Source: Methylococcaceae bacterium
GTDB taxonomy: Bacteria; Pseudomonadota; Gammaproteobacteria; Methylococcales; Methylococcaceae
Length of the DNA stretch: 64,000 bases
Direction of reading: 5' to 3'
NCBI GenBank assembly: GCA_044350805.1
Contig: JBILGU010000010.1
Coordinates: 8,842 to 72,841 of the forward strand
This document shows positions 33,739 through 42,864 of this stretch, piece after piece (the first letter of the stretch is position 1; every line of letters starts with the position of its first letter). Both the position numbers and the translations under genes were made by a program. The notes under the pieces are model-generated. The model was not told the origin of the DNA and ran no database searches. It saw only the letters and a list, made by a program, of their open reading frames with translations.

Positions 33739-35541
33739 TTAGTTTCGAAGGGTGGCCTCGGTGTAGCTTCCCTTTCGAATGTTCCAAAGCGCGATTTCCG
33801 GCAGACTGAAAAGCACTCCCCGGGCACCGGCCATCAGGAGTCGCCCCTCATCGATAGGAAGTCCGAAGAGTCCTAGCGCCATCATGCTCATTCCGGCGCC
33901 AAGATTGGCGGTCCCCAACAAGGGTCTCGACCAAAGGGATTCGTCGGTGAAAAAAAGAAAGACTCCGTCTTCCTCTCTCGGTTGATAGAGCGTGCCGGTT
34001 AAGGTATTCCCCTCAAGCATTTCCACCCATGGCCCGTCACCCTCGGCAATCAATTGATCGAGTTTGCGGTGTCTGAATGAACGAATCTTGCTCGTGTTCC
34101 CGATGGGATACCGCTGCAAAACCAGCTCGAAAAAACGAAACGGAATGAAGGACTGGGATCGCCAGGGGTCGATATGTCCCTTGAAGTCGACGGGCTCTTG
34201 ATTGCTCTCAAAACCCGCATTGATAGCCTTGATCAGCTCGGTGGCGCAGTTTCGAGTGATCAAGTTGTAATGCATTTTTTCAATGATGTGCTCCTGCAGG
34301 CGCTCTCTTGCTGCGATTGCCGTGTTGAGCTGATCAGGCTTAGGACGACGCGAATGCTCCATCTGATCTGGCGGGAGTAAGGCAGGCGCATTCGGAAGGT
34401 CAGGTTCATGATCAAATCGCACCGAAGTCTCTTTTTGGTTCGCATGCTCGGCTTCGTGAAGGTCGAGAGCTGCCAGTTCCAGTTTGTGGTACGCGAGGTC
34501 ATCAACTTCTGTTGCGCAAAAAATGTGATCTCTGAGCTCTTTTAGGTGCTGCCGAAATTCCGCTTCCAGGCGATTTTGGGCAAGTTTGAGGTACTCATCA
34601 TGGGAGGTTCTGTGGGCCTGTGAGTTGAGCCCTGGCAGAAGGAGATAGAGTCTGTTCCTTTCAAGAGAGAGTCGCACGACTTCCAGTCGGGCGAGTGCTC
34701 TAAGCAGAGGAAGCCCTGAGCCTGGGTAAGGATGAAGTAAAAGACGAGTGACATCCTGTTCTAAGTGGCTAAGGTAGCGTGTAAGCCAGTCTTGGACGGA
34801 GCAGTCTTTTGGATCTTCCTTGGGATGGATGGGGCCGCCATCCATCAAGAGTCCTTGGTTAAGGGTCTTTCGCCCAAGGATAAACTCAAGGGCAATTTCG
34901 TTTTGGAGCAGATCCAGCCATTGGTCAGCGTAACCCTGATGGAGCTTTGCCGGGCTGGGCTCCTCTTCCGGCATCGTCGTATCGAAATAATGAAGGCTTT
35001 GCCGTTTGTGGCGCAGGGATTGAAGCCGACGCTCCAGAGATACGGGTGTTTCAAGTGACGTCCGTAACGGCAATGGAGGACTTGCGCTTCCCGGAGTGGG
35101 CTTTTTGTTGCTGAAAAATCCGGCACCTGGGACCAGGAGAGGGCGCTCTTGAATGAAGGCCTCAAGGAGTTGGACGTCCCGATTCAGGGAATCTGCTCGG
35201 TCCAGCCAGACGGTTTGATTCAGATGGAACAGATCAAGATGTCGCCTCACCTCAGCCTGAACAGTTTCTGGGACGGTGACCTTGGCAACATGAATGTCAC
35301 GGTTGTCGAGATCAGCGTATAGATGCCTGAAACGATCCCACCCATCCCGCTGCAGAAGGATCAGGCCGTCCTTATTCTGGAAGTGGTAGACGGTTTCATC
35401 CAGCTTGACTGCCACATGGCCGCCACTGGAGGTCCCGCTATTGGCTTCAATGTAAAGGTAGTCGAGGGAGTGATCGGCAATGGCCGTCTGAGAGGCAATC
35501 AGCAGGATGACCGCTCCCCATGGAAGCGGTCCTAAACCCAC
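33739..35541 (-). CDS. Secreted hypothetical protein (600 aa) with DUF4105-like His...Cys motifs
   Basis: GTG start 9 nt after AAGGAG. Signal peptide (AVILLIASQTAIA/DH). N-terminal SGGHVAVKLDETVYHF and distal HYNLITRNCATELI resemble the His and Cys blocks of DUF4105/Lnb-type proteins, with a long helical insert between them. The C-terminus is hydrophobic. Motif-level only. Confidence 0.6.
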   Translation of the reverse strand: MGLGPLPWGAVILLIASQTAIADHSLDYLYIEANSGTSSGGHVAVKLDETVYHFQNKDGLILLQRDGWDRFRHLYADLDNRDIHVAKVTVPETVQAEVRRHLDLFHLNQTVWLDRADSLNRDVQLLEAFIQERPLLVPGAGFFSNKKPTPGSASPPLPLRTSLETPVSLERRLQSLRHKRQSLHYFDTTMPEEEPSPAKLHQGYADQWLDLLQNEIALEFILGRKTLNQGLLMDGGPIHPKEDPKDCSVQDWLTRYLSHLEQDVTRLLLHPYPGSGLPLLRALARLEVVRLSLERNRLYLLLPGLNSQAHRTSHDEYLKLAQNRLEAEFRQHLKELRDHIFCATEVDDLAYHKLELAALDLHEAEHANQKETSVRFDHEPDLPNAPALLPPDQMEHSRRPKPDQLNTAIAARERLQEHIIEKMHYNLITRNCATELIKAINAGFESNQEPVDFKGHIDPWRSQSFIPFRFFELVLQRYPIGNTSKIRSFRHRKLDQLIAEGDGPWVEMLEGNTLTGTLYQPREEDGVFLFFTDESLWSRPLLGTANLGAGMSMMALGLFGLPIDEGRLLMAGARGVLFSLPEIALWNIRKGSYTEATLRN

Positions 35542-35547
35542 GCGGGC

Positions 35548-35994
35548 TTACTCCTTATATCCTTGCTGAATCAGATCGAGAGCGTCCTGCTTTCGAGCCA
35601 GAACGTCTTGTAGAAAAGGCTGGGCTTTGATTTCGGCAACGGGCACGCTGGCTCGCTTGAGGCCCTTACCGATTCCGATAAACGTCGTCGATTCCGATTC
35701 CCAGTTGCTGATTTGATCCTGACTTGCTGTTCGGGAAAGGGCGTTCATGAAATCCGTGGAGGTCATCTTTGAGCCGGTGACGGAGTTTGTCAGATTGGCA
35801 ATGTCATTCAGATAGCCACGCTTTTCTTCAGGAACACTGGCCTTCTTTTTGGATGATTTGGAAGGCGAACTGGAGGAATCGGAACTGGATCCAAAAGATG
35901 CCGATGACGATTCACTTGAGGTAATCGATTCCGAGATGCACCCGGCCAAGGTCAGTGCGAGCCCCAGTGCAGTGAGAGCCTTGCAGTAATCCAT
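35548..35994 (-). CDS. Hypothetical lipoprotein with a Ser-rich linker
   Basis: Lipobox LTLAGCIS, a poly-Ser/acidic linker (SSESSSASFGSSSDSSSSPSKSSKKK), then a ~90-aa helical domain. GAGGAG lies 8 nt upstream of the ATG. Confidence 0.65.
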   Translation of the reverse strand: MDYCKALTALGLALTLAGCISESITSSESSSASFGSSSDSSSSPSKSSKKKASVPEEKRGYLNDIANLTNSVTGSKMTSTDFMNALSRTASQDQISNWESESTTFIGIGKGLKRASVPVAEIKAQPFLQDVLARKQDALDLIQQGYKE

Positions 35995-36027
35995 GAAGAT
36001 ATCTCCTCGTCAGGGATGGATTTGATG

Positions 36028-36513
36028 TCAGCCGCGGCGACGGTATAGGGGTTGAGGTTCGTCTTGTGCCGCCTGATAGGTCACCGTGAACTCATTGAAA
36101 GCCCTCAGTCGGTCATTAAGGTCGGTGCCCTCTGCGAACTCGAAAGAGTCTACCCCGAGTCGGTGCAGGTAGTACATCTGGTCTCTGAGGAAATCGCCAG
36201 AGGCTCGGATCTCGCCTTGAAAGCCTAGCTGTTCACGAAGAATGCGTGCCTGACTGAAGCTGCGGCCGTCTGTAAAGGGGCTCAGGGTCAGAACGACCAT
36301 ATCAATCCGCTTCATCTGGGCTTTAAGACGGCTTACATCCTGGTCCGGCCCAACGCGAACGCCGAGCTTGGCTAGGGTTTCGCTTTCTTTTTCAGAGAGG
36401 GCTTCCAGTCGATCCAGGCTGACTGTGGCACAGGTGCCCGATGGAAGGTCGCTCTCCTCATCGAGATGAATCCAATGATCCTCGACGATCTGGTCGCTTT
36501 TAATGATTCTCAT
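36028..36513 (-). CDS. DUF934 protein (accessory protein commonly next to sulfite reductase)
   Basis: MRIIKSDQIVEDHW..., LTLSPFTDGRSFSQARILREQLGFQGEIRASGDFLRDQMYYLHRLGVDSFE is the DUF934 pattern. ATG 36513 overlaps the cysI stop by 14 nt. The ORF extension to 36777 lies inside cysI. Confidence 0.85.
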   Translation of the reverse strand: MRIIKSDQIVEDHWIHLDEESDLPSGTCATVSLDRLEALSEKESETLAKLGVRVGPDQDVSRLKAQMKRIDMVVLTLSPFTDGRSFSQARILREQLGFQGEIRASGDFLRDQMYYLHRLGVDSFEFAEGTDLNDRLRAFNEFTVTYQAAQDEPQPLYRRRG

Positions 36514-38152
36514 AAACGCGCTCCTGGAAGGGTTCGATTCCGATTCGTCTGACGGTCTCGAGGAAGGATTCCTCTCCTTCGCGAAGGTCCTTGAAGGTGA
36601 AGAAAATCTTCTCCATGACGTCTGTGACCTCATCGCGGGCGACTGAGGGACCCAAACGTTCGCCCAAGGATGCCTCGTTGGCCGATGAGCCCCCAAGGGT
36701 AATCTGGTACCACTCTTCACCTTTCTTATCGACACCCAAGATGCCAATGTGGCCGACGGTGTGATGACCGCAACCATTCATGCAACCTGAAATATTGATT
36801 CTGATTTCACCCAGGTCGTAGAGATAGTCCATATCGTCAAACAGCGATTGAATGCCATTGGCGATCGGGATGGATGCTGCATTCGCCAAGGAGCAGAAGT
36901 CGAGTCCCGGACAGGTGATCATGTCAGTTGCCGTTCCGACATTCGCAGTTGCCAGATCGAGAGATGCAAGCTCTTTCCAAAGTTCCGGTAGCTTTTGGGT
37001 TTCGACATCGGCAAGAACAAGGTTCTGGGTGTGGGTGACGCGAATTTCGCCGAAGCTGTAACGGTCTGCAATCTCAGCGACAGCATCCATCTGGGCATCC
37101 GTCATATCGCCCGGGGCCTTGCCATGGGGCTTCAGTGAAATGAAAACGGCCCGATATCCAGATGATTTGTGCTCAACCGTATTGCGGCGATGCCAAGCGG
37201 CAAAGGCCTTGTCGCTCGCCAATAAGCTCTCGACGTTTGAATCGGTCGCAGGAAGTGATACGTACTGGCGGGTTTGAAAGTGTTTGGACACTCGTTCGAT
37301 TTCTTGTGCATCGAGCTTGAGACTTGAACGAATGGGGTTCCATTCCTCCTCAACGAGCCGAGTAAAGGCCTCAATGCCCGTCTCCTTGACCAGAATTTTG
37401 ATTCTCGCCTTGTATTTGTTATCTCGGCGACCCAGCTGGTTGTAAACCCGCAGAATGGCCTCCAGGTAGGACAGCAGATCTTCCTTTTCGAGGAAAGGCC
37501 GAATCATGACGCCGATAATGGGGGTTCGGCCGAGTCCGCCGCCGACCAGAACTTCAAATCCGGTTCGCCCGTCCGCATTTTTGACCAGTTGCAAACCAAT
37601 GTCGTGGACTTGGGTTGCTGCACGATCCCGTTCGGCGCCGCTGACGGCGATCTTGAACTTTCGGGGCAGGAAGGCAAATTCGGGGTGGAGCGTCGACCAT
37701 TGCCTGATGATCTCGCAGTAAGGGCGCGGATCTTCCAGTTCATCGGCTGCAACCCCCGCAAGGTGATCGCTGGTCGTGTTTCGAATACAGTTGCCGCTCG
37801 TTTGGATGGCATGCATCTGGACTGAAGCGAGACAATCCAGAATGTCCGGAACCTGTTCCAGTTGAGGCCAGTTGTATTGAATGTTTTGCCGCGTCGTGAA
37901 GTGACCGTATCCGCGGTCGAAGGTGCGCGCAATATGCCCAAACATGCGCATTTGCGTCGAGGAGAGCAGTCCATAGGGAATAGCGACTCGCAGCATGGGT
38001 GCATGGCGCTGGATATAAAGACCATTCATCAATCGCAAGGGGCGATACTGATCTTCAGTCAGTTCACCTGCTAGGAAGCGGCGCGTCTGCTCCCTGAATT
38101 GGGCGGCGCGCTCGTTAACAATCGTCTGGTCGTGATGATCGTACTGGTACAT
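36500..38152 (-). CDS. cysI: Sulfite reductase hemoprotein (sirohaem / 4Fe-4S, nitrite-sulfite reductase family)
   Basis: Duplicated NIR_SIR ferredoxin-like halves. Cluster cysteines are in TCPGLDFCSLA and SGCMNGCGHH. ATG 38152 (MYQYDHHDQTIVNERA..) is preferred over the ORF start at 38284. Confidence 0.9.
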   Translation of the reverse strand: MYQYDHHDQTIVNERAAQFREQTRRFLAGELTEDQYRPLRLMNGLYIQRHAPMLRVAIPYGLLSSTQMRMFGHIARTFDRGYGHFTTRQNIQYNWPQLEQVPDILDCLASVQMHAIQTSGNCIRNTTSDHLAGVAADELEDPRPYCEIIRQWSTLHPEFAFLPRKFKIAVSGAERDRAATQVHDIGLQLVKNADGRTGFEVLVGGGLGRTPIIGVMIRPFLEKEDLLSYLEAILRVYNQLGRRDNKYKARIKILVKETGIEAFTRLVEEEWNPIRSSLKLDAQEIERVSKHFQTRQYVSLPATDSNVESLLASDKAFAAWHRRNTVEHKSSGYRAVFISLKPHGKAPGDMTDAQMDAVAEIADRYSFGEIRVTHTQNLVLADVETQKLPELWKELASLDLATANVGTATDMITCPGLDFCSLANAASIPIANGIQSLFDDMDYLYDLGEIRINISGCMNGCGHHTVGHIGILGVDKKGEEWYQITLGGSSANEASLGERLGPSVARDEVTDVMEKIFFTFKDLREGEESFLETVRRIGIEPFQERVYENH

Positions 38153-38383
38153 GTGCTTTGGCTCAGGCTCTTGGTTGTGCCGGATGACCGGCCAATATAC
38201 ACCTTCGAGATCAGGGCTAAAACACTTAGGCGTGCATCTTTTCACCCCTGAAGGTCGACGTGGAGAAAAGGAGTGTTTCTCCAATGCCGCAACTAATCGA
38301 CTATAATTAGGGGTTGTTTCTCAAGAATTCACCCTGCAATCTCGTGCGGGGGCATCTGACTTTAACCTACTGAGGGCCGTGTC

Positions 38384-39739
38384 TTGATTCGGATATTCCT
38401 TTTGCTTGCGTCCTTGTTCCTCATTCCAGAATTGGCCTTTGCAGAGGAGGGGCAGAACCTCGGCCTGACCGGCACTCAACGTGGACTTTACTGTGTCCTG
38501 ATCTTCATCATTTCCTACGCCTTTGTCATGACGGAGGAATTCACTCATCTTCGAAAGTCCAAGCCTGTCATTCTGGCGGCCGGCATCATCTGGGCCCATG
38601 TGGCCTATTTGGCTGCTTCAAACGGCGTTCCTGCCGACCAGGTCCATCAGGCTTTCGAGCATGACCTTAAGGAATATGCGGAACTTTTCCTTTTCCTTCT
38701 GGTGGCGATGACCTATATCAATGCGATGGCCGAGCGTCATGTTTTTGAGGCTCTGCGCTCTTGGCTGGTGAGTCGGAACTATAACTACCGTGCTCTTTTC
38801 TGGATCACGGGCGTGATTACGTTCTTCCTGTCTTCTGTTGCGGATAATCTGACGTCGGCGCTCCTGGTGGGTGCAGTGGTCATGGCCGTCGGTGCCTCAA
38901 GTCCCGCATTCGTGGCTTTGGGCTTTGTGAATCTGGTCAGTGCCGCAAACGCGGGCGGTGCCTTCAGCCCCTTCGGTGATATCACCACCCTGATGGTCTG
39001 GCAGGCAGGAAAGGCCGAATTCTTCGATTTCTTTGAGTTGTTCGTTCCTTCGGTTGTGAACTTTGTGGTTCCTGCGCTCATCATGCAGTTCGCGATTCCC
39101 AATGAAATGCCAGTTCACGCAGAGGAAGAGCGGGTTGTCATGAAGCCGGGCGCTTTGGTGATTTGTGGTCTTTTCGTCATGACGATTGTCACCGCAGTCA
39201 GCTTCAAGCAGTTTCTTCATCTTCCGCCATTCATGGGCATGATGCTCGGGTTGTCATACCTCATGCTTTACGGTTATCGCCTGAAGATGGTCTACCCAGA
39301 GGGTGGCAAGTTTGATGTCTTCGAAAATGTGAAGGACTCCGAGTGGGATACCCTGCTGTTTTTCTTCGGCGTCATCTTCGCTGTCGGTGGCCTTGGCTAT
39401 ATCGGTTATCTGGAACTCGCGTCTGTTGCAATGTATGACGGACTCGGCGCAACGACGGCCAATATTCTGGTCGGACTGCTTTCAGCCGTTGTAGACAATA
39501 TTCCGGTGATGTTTGCGGTCATCAGCATGAACCCTGATATGGATCTTTATCAGTGGTTGCTGATTACGCTGACCGCGGGTGTGGGCGGAACCCTGCTCTC
39601 CGTCGGTTCGGCGGCAGGTGTTGCTCTGATGGGAAGCTCCAAGGGCATGTACACCTTCTTCAGTCACTTGAAGTGGACCCCCGCGATTGCAGCGGGTTAT
39701 GCATCATCCATCGTGGTGCATTACCTGATTAATCACTGA
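38384..39739 (+). CDS. nhaD: Na+/H+ antiporter, NhaD family
   Basis: TTG start. LFWITGVITFFLSSVADNLTSALL, GGAFSPFGDITTLMVW and LLSAVVDNIPV are NhaD/ArsB-superfamily blocks. 451 aa. Confidence 0.85.
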   Translation: MIRIFLLLASLFLIPELAFAEEGQNLGLTGTQRGLYCVLIFIISYAFVMTEEFTHLRKSKPVILAAGIIWAHVAYLAASNGVPADQVHQAFEHDLKEYAELFLFLLVAMTYINAMAERHVFEALRSWLVSRNYNYRALFWITGVITFFLSSVADNLTSALLVGAVVMAVGASSPAFVALGFVNLVSAANAGGAFSPFGDITTLMVWQAGKAEFFDFFELFVPSVVNFVVPALIMQFAIPNEMPVHAEEERVVMKPGALVICGLFVMTIVTAVSFKQFLHLPPFMGMMLGLSYLMLYGYRLKMVYPEGGKFDVFENVKDSEWDTLLFFFGVIFAVGGLGYIGYLELASVAMYDGLGATTANILVGLLSAVVDNIPVMFAVISMNPDMDLYQWLLITLTAGVGGTLLSVGSAAGVALMGSSKGMYTFFSHLKWTPAIAAGYASSIVVHYLINH

Positions 39740-39765
39740 CAATCGAATCCTTGTTGTGAGCAGAA

Positions 39766-39793
39766 GGGGTTGCCAAGCGCAGCCCTTTTTGTT
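39766..39793 (+). terminator. Rho-independent terminator of nhaD
   Basis: GGGTTGC-caagc-GCAGCCC (7 bp, one G-T pair) followed by TTTTTGTT, 27 nt after the stop. Confidence 0.7.
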
Positions 39794-40529
39794 GCGCGCT
39801 AGCTGGGTTTCAGTGCAATCTTTGCAGAAGTTTTCAAAACCGAAAAACCGCCAACTGCTGGGACAGTGGGCGGGGCTGCAAAAATTGGTGTCCCATTTTG
39901 GCTGATATCACCGATCGAGAAGTCAAAGGCTGGATCCCTCACGGGGAGCACTTTTCAAAAAGGAGTGCAGGGCCGAATCTGTGGCTGCGATTCCCCAAAG
40001 GGTTTAGGTGTTGATTTGCGGCGAACTTTGACCCGGCGGAATTGCCCTAAGCTATCGCGTGGGGGTTCATTGATGTTCAATGTGGGCGATCGGCTCAGGC
40101 TTTCAAGGGGTGGATATTTCGGCGAGGTGGCAGAAGAAGTATCTGACCAGGTGTTCACTGCGCATTTCCCATTAAAGCGGGATGGAATGGCAAACCCAGT
40201 CAAGTGGCAATTCCATGCTGAGCAAATAACCGATGCAGGCTTGTTGTACTTTCAAAGCAACCACGGCTGGTTAAGATCGAGGCAGGTTCTCTGCTGGTTC
40301 CTGTGGGAAAGAAGAAACAACCCTTTTCAGAATCACAGATCCCCTTGCAGGGATCATTGCAGTGAGCACTTCAAAAGGTGAGGGGATAGATGGTGCAGGG
40401 TGATGCAGCGGTTAGGATTGCAATATTGAAGGAAATCAAGAATGAGTTGTTCCCAGATTCAGAACCTGGGCGCTCCTCCGTTTCAAGTGGGAATCAGCAG
40501 ATGTGATTGCAGACTTTTATTGGTGAGAG

Positions 40530-40555
40530 AGAACGGGCGCTTCGGCGCCTGTTCT
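40530..40555 (+). other. Stable UUCG-tetraloop hairpin in a gene-poor region
   Basis: AGAACGGGCGC-TTCG-GCGCCTGTTCT: 11 bp with one G-T pair, followed by TGTATCT. Confidence 0.35.
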
Positions 40556-40774
40556 TGTATCTGGGCTCTCGAAAAAGCTGTGAGTGATTTTGTCGTGTTG
40601 CACACCCAGGAGGCTTTGAACGCAGAGATTTTTGCTCTCTATTGTTATTTGCAGCTCTGACGCTTTTGATGCTGGGCAAAGCTGGGTACGCGTTGAAAAA
40701 CTGTGCGAAACGCTGCTGGATGTGGATAATTATTACTCTTTATTACAATTCTTAATGCTAAGAGGGAGGAGTGA

Positions 40775-41164
40775 GTGGAGGTTTTATTAATTGGTTCTGC
40801 AGCATGTATTACAGCTTTGATTTCATCAGCCTGGTTGATGACCTTTGCTAAATGGTTTCCGATTCCTGGTGTGGATGAGTTTGTGATTGATTATAAAACC
40901 ATGATTAGGGCGCACGTTGATTATGCTTTGATGGCGCTTTTTGGTTTAGGTTTTTATGGTGCTGGTGTTGAGCTCCCAGTGGTTGCATGTTGGTGTGTTG
41001 CGGTTGGTGGATTTACCAATCCAACAATTTTCACGATTGCAGCTTTTGATACTGATTTTTGGAGCAAGAAAAAGTGGAAGGTGTTTACTGCATTAAGCTT
41101 TACGGTATCCTCAGTGGGCTTTATGTGGATCGCTTACACGCTTCTTCAACATGCGATAGCCTAG
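40775..41164 (+). CDS. Hypothetical small 4-TM membrane protein in an AT-rich islet
   Basis: GTG start just after GGAGGA. 129 aa with four hydrophobic segments. Strongly T-rich codon usage, unlike its neighbours. Confidence 0.6.
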   Translation: MEVLLIGSAACITALISSAWLMTFAKWFPIPGVDEFVIDYKTMIRAHVDYALMALFGLGFYGAGVELPVVACWCVAVGGFTNPTIFTIAAFDTDFWSKKKWKVFTALSFTVSSVGFMWIAYTLLQHAIA

Positions 41165-41350
41165 TTCAAATCATATAATCTACCCGCTACGTCAAGCCCA
41201 TCACTCTCGGAATGGGTATCGACACGCTGAGGGGGTTCATCTGACATGGATGGGACAATGCGCGGGGCACCAATCGATGGAAACCACTGCAGGCTCTGCT
41301 ATAGGTACAAGTTAGCGATCACTCACTAATCGGCTTTCGTCCCTGACGCC

Positions 41351-41383
41351 AAAAAAAACCAGCCCTTGTGGCTGGTTTTTTTT
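41351..41383. terminator. Bidirectional Rho-independent terminator
   Basis: AAAAAAAA-CCAGCC-cttgt-GGCTGG-TTTTTTTT. It lies 96 nt beyond the stop of the minus-strand symporter gene and downstream of the + strand small membrane gene. Confidence 0.8.
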
Positions 41384-41478
41384 GTGCCTGATTGCGAGTC
41401 GGTTAATCACATGTCTCGCGAGAAGCCCCGGCCTTCAGTGCGCCAGGCCCGGGCGAACTCTCCAAGAGAGAGGGGTTG

Positions 41479-42777
41479 TCATGATTTTTTTAAGTTCTCG
41501 GTTCGCTGGTTCCAGCGCGCGAGGATGGTTGCACCCAGAATATCCCCAAGGACATTCACGCCTGATCGGCAGCGGGCAAGAATCCAGTCAATGGGCGAGA
41601 CGAGGGGAATCGCTGCGGCGATGACCGCCTCTGAAAACCCGGAATTCGCAAGAACAATGGGCAAAATGACGAGTCCTGCTTCAGGAACCCCGGCAATTCC
41701 AGCCGCCGCAATGATACTGGAAGATGCAATCACGAGCTGCTGAGGGAGATCAAGTACCATCCCCATGGACTGGGCAAGGAAGAGGGCCGTCATGACCTCA
41801 TAAAGAACCACGCCGTCATTATTGAAATTGGTGCCCCCACAGACCGAAATGCGAGCAGACTGATCATCGACCTGCATTTGTTTCAGACATTTGAGGCTGA
41901 CCGGGACCGTGGCGAGGCTACTGTTAACTGCAAATCCGGTCCACGCCGCTTCCGATGCGCCCCGAAGGAAGGCCATCGGAGAACGTCCGCCGGCAACAAA
42001 AGCCGCCAGCGGATAGTAGATCAGACCCTGGAGGAGCAGCCCCAACATCACGATCAAAAGATAGTCCGAAAGATCCAGGAAGATACCCAGCCCCAGTTTT
42101 CCCACGGCTTGAGTGACGAGCGCTAGGATCGCTAGGGGCGCCAACTGAATGGCAAATCGTAAAATTCTTGAGAACACCAGAAATCCTCCCGTCAGTGCCG
42201 AGGCGACGAACTCAATGGCTCGGCGTTCTTCTCCGACAGTTGACGTACTCAGGCTCCGGACCGATATGCCCACCAGCGCGGCCAGAATGACGGTTGCTAG
42301 GATGTTTCCGGTTTGAATGGGATCAAGAAGGTGTTGAGGAAAGAGGCTTGAAAGTCCCTGGATCCAGTCCAGTTTGGTTTTTTCTGGCGCAATGTGCGTG
42401 GCAACAGATCCAGAGCCCACCAGTCTGAGAAGTTCTTCAATGTGTCCCTGCCATTTTGTGCCAGGATGAAGGAAGTTGATGAGTGTCAGGGCAATGCCAG
42501 ATGCCACACTGACATTGATCAGGCAGATCACAAGAAATCGAATCCCTGATTTTTGAGCCAGATTCGTTCTGACGATCGCATCCGCAACAGCGAAAAAAAT
42601 CAGCGGCAATGCCAGTGCCTTGAGGAACCGAATCAGAACCATGCCGACCTGACCCAGAGTGGCAGGGTCAAAACTGCCGGCGCCAAGGGGGGATCGACTA
42701 AAAAGTCCAAGCGATATCCCCAGGGAGATGGCAATCAGGACCTGGACCGTGGGGTTTTTTAGTTTGGACGGTTTCAT
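41479..42777 (-). CDS. Dicarboxylate/amino acid:cation symporter (DAACS family)
   Basis: 432 aa, 8 TM helices plus re-entrant loops. SSIIAAAGIAGVPEAGLV and the ..ARCRSGVNVLGD.. blocks are typical of GltP/DctA/SstT relatives. Confidence 0.85.
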   Translation of the reverse strand: MKPSKLKNPTVQVLIAISLGISLGLFSRSPLGAGSFDPATLGQVGMVLIRFLKALALPLIFFAVADAIVRTNLAQKSGIRFLVICLINVSVASGIALTLINFLHPGTKWQGHIEELLRLVGSGSVATHIAPEKTKLDWIQGLSSLFPQHLLDPIQTGNILATVILAALVGISVRSLSTSTVGEERRAIEFVASALTGGFLVFSRILRFAIQLAPLAILALVTQAVGKLGLGIFLDLSDYLLIVMLGLLLQGLIYYPLAAFVAGGRSPMAFLRGASEAAWTGFAVNSSLATVPVSLKCLKQMQVDDQSARISVCGGTNFNNDGVVLYEVMTALFLAQSMGMVLDLPQQLVIASSSIIAAAGIAGVPEAGLVILPIVLANSGFSEAVIAAAIPLVSPIDWILARCRSGVNVLGDILGATILARWNQRTENLKKS

Positions 42778-42825
42778 GGGGTCAATAGATTACGCTGCCT
42801 CGAGTCCCCGCCCATGGCGTCTGGT

Positions 42826-42857
42826 CTCTGGAGAACGCCTTGCGAAGTTCTCCAGAG
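42826..42857. other. Perfect 11-bp hairpin between parA and the symporter gene
   Basis: TCCTGGAGAAC-gccttgcgaa-GTTCTCCAGGA-type pairing (core CTGGAGAAC/GTTCTCCAG at 42828-42855). No U-run follows on the minus strand. Confidence 0.3.
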
Positions 42858-42864
42858 CAGAGAG

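Noticed and set aside
36514-36777. Upstream extension of the DUF934 ORF
   Set aside because: It overlaps the 3' end of cysI in another frame. The DUF934 signature starts at ATG 36513.
39866-40381. 171-aa ORF in the AT-rich islet (and 40442-40660)
   Set aside because: No RBS, and an Arg/Cys/Trp-rich translation. Only the internal segment from ATG 40073 (MFNVGDRLRLSRGGYFGEV...) looks faintly protein-like. 40442-40660 is crossed by the UUCG hairpin. Neither has enough support to call a gene, and both are left as part of the islet finding.
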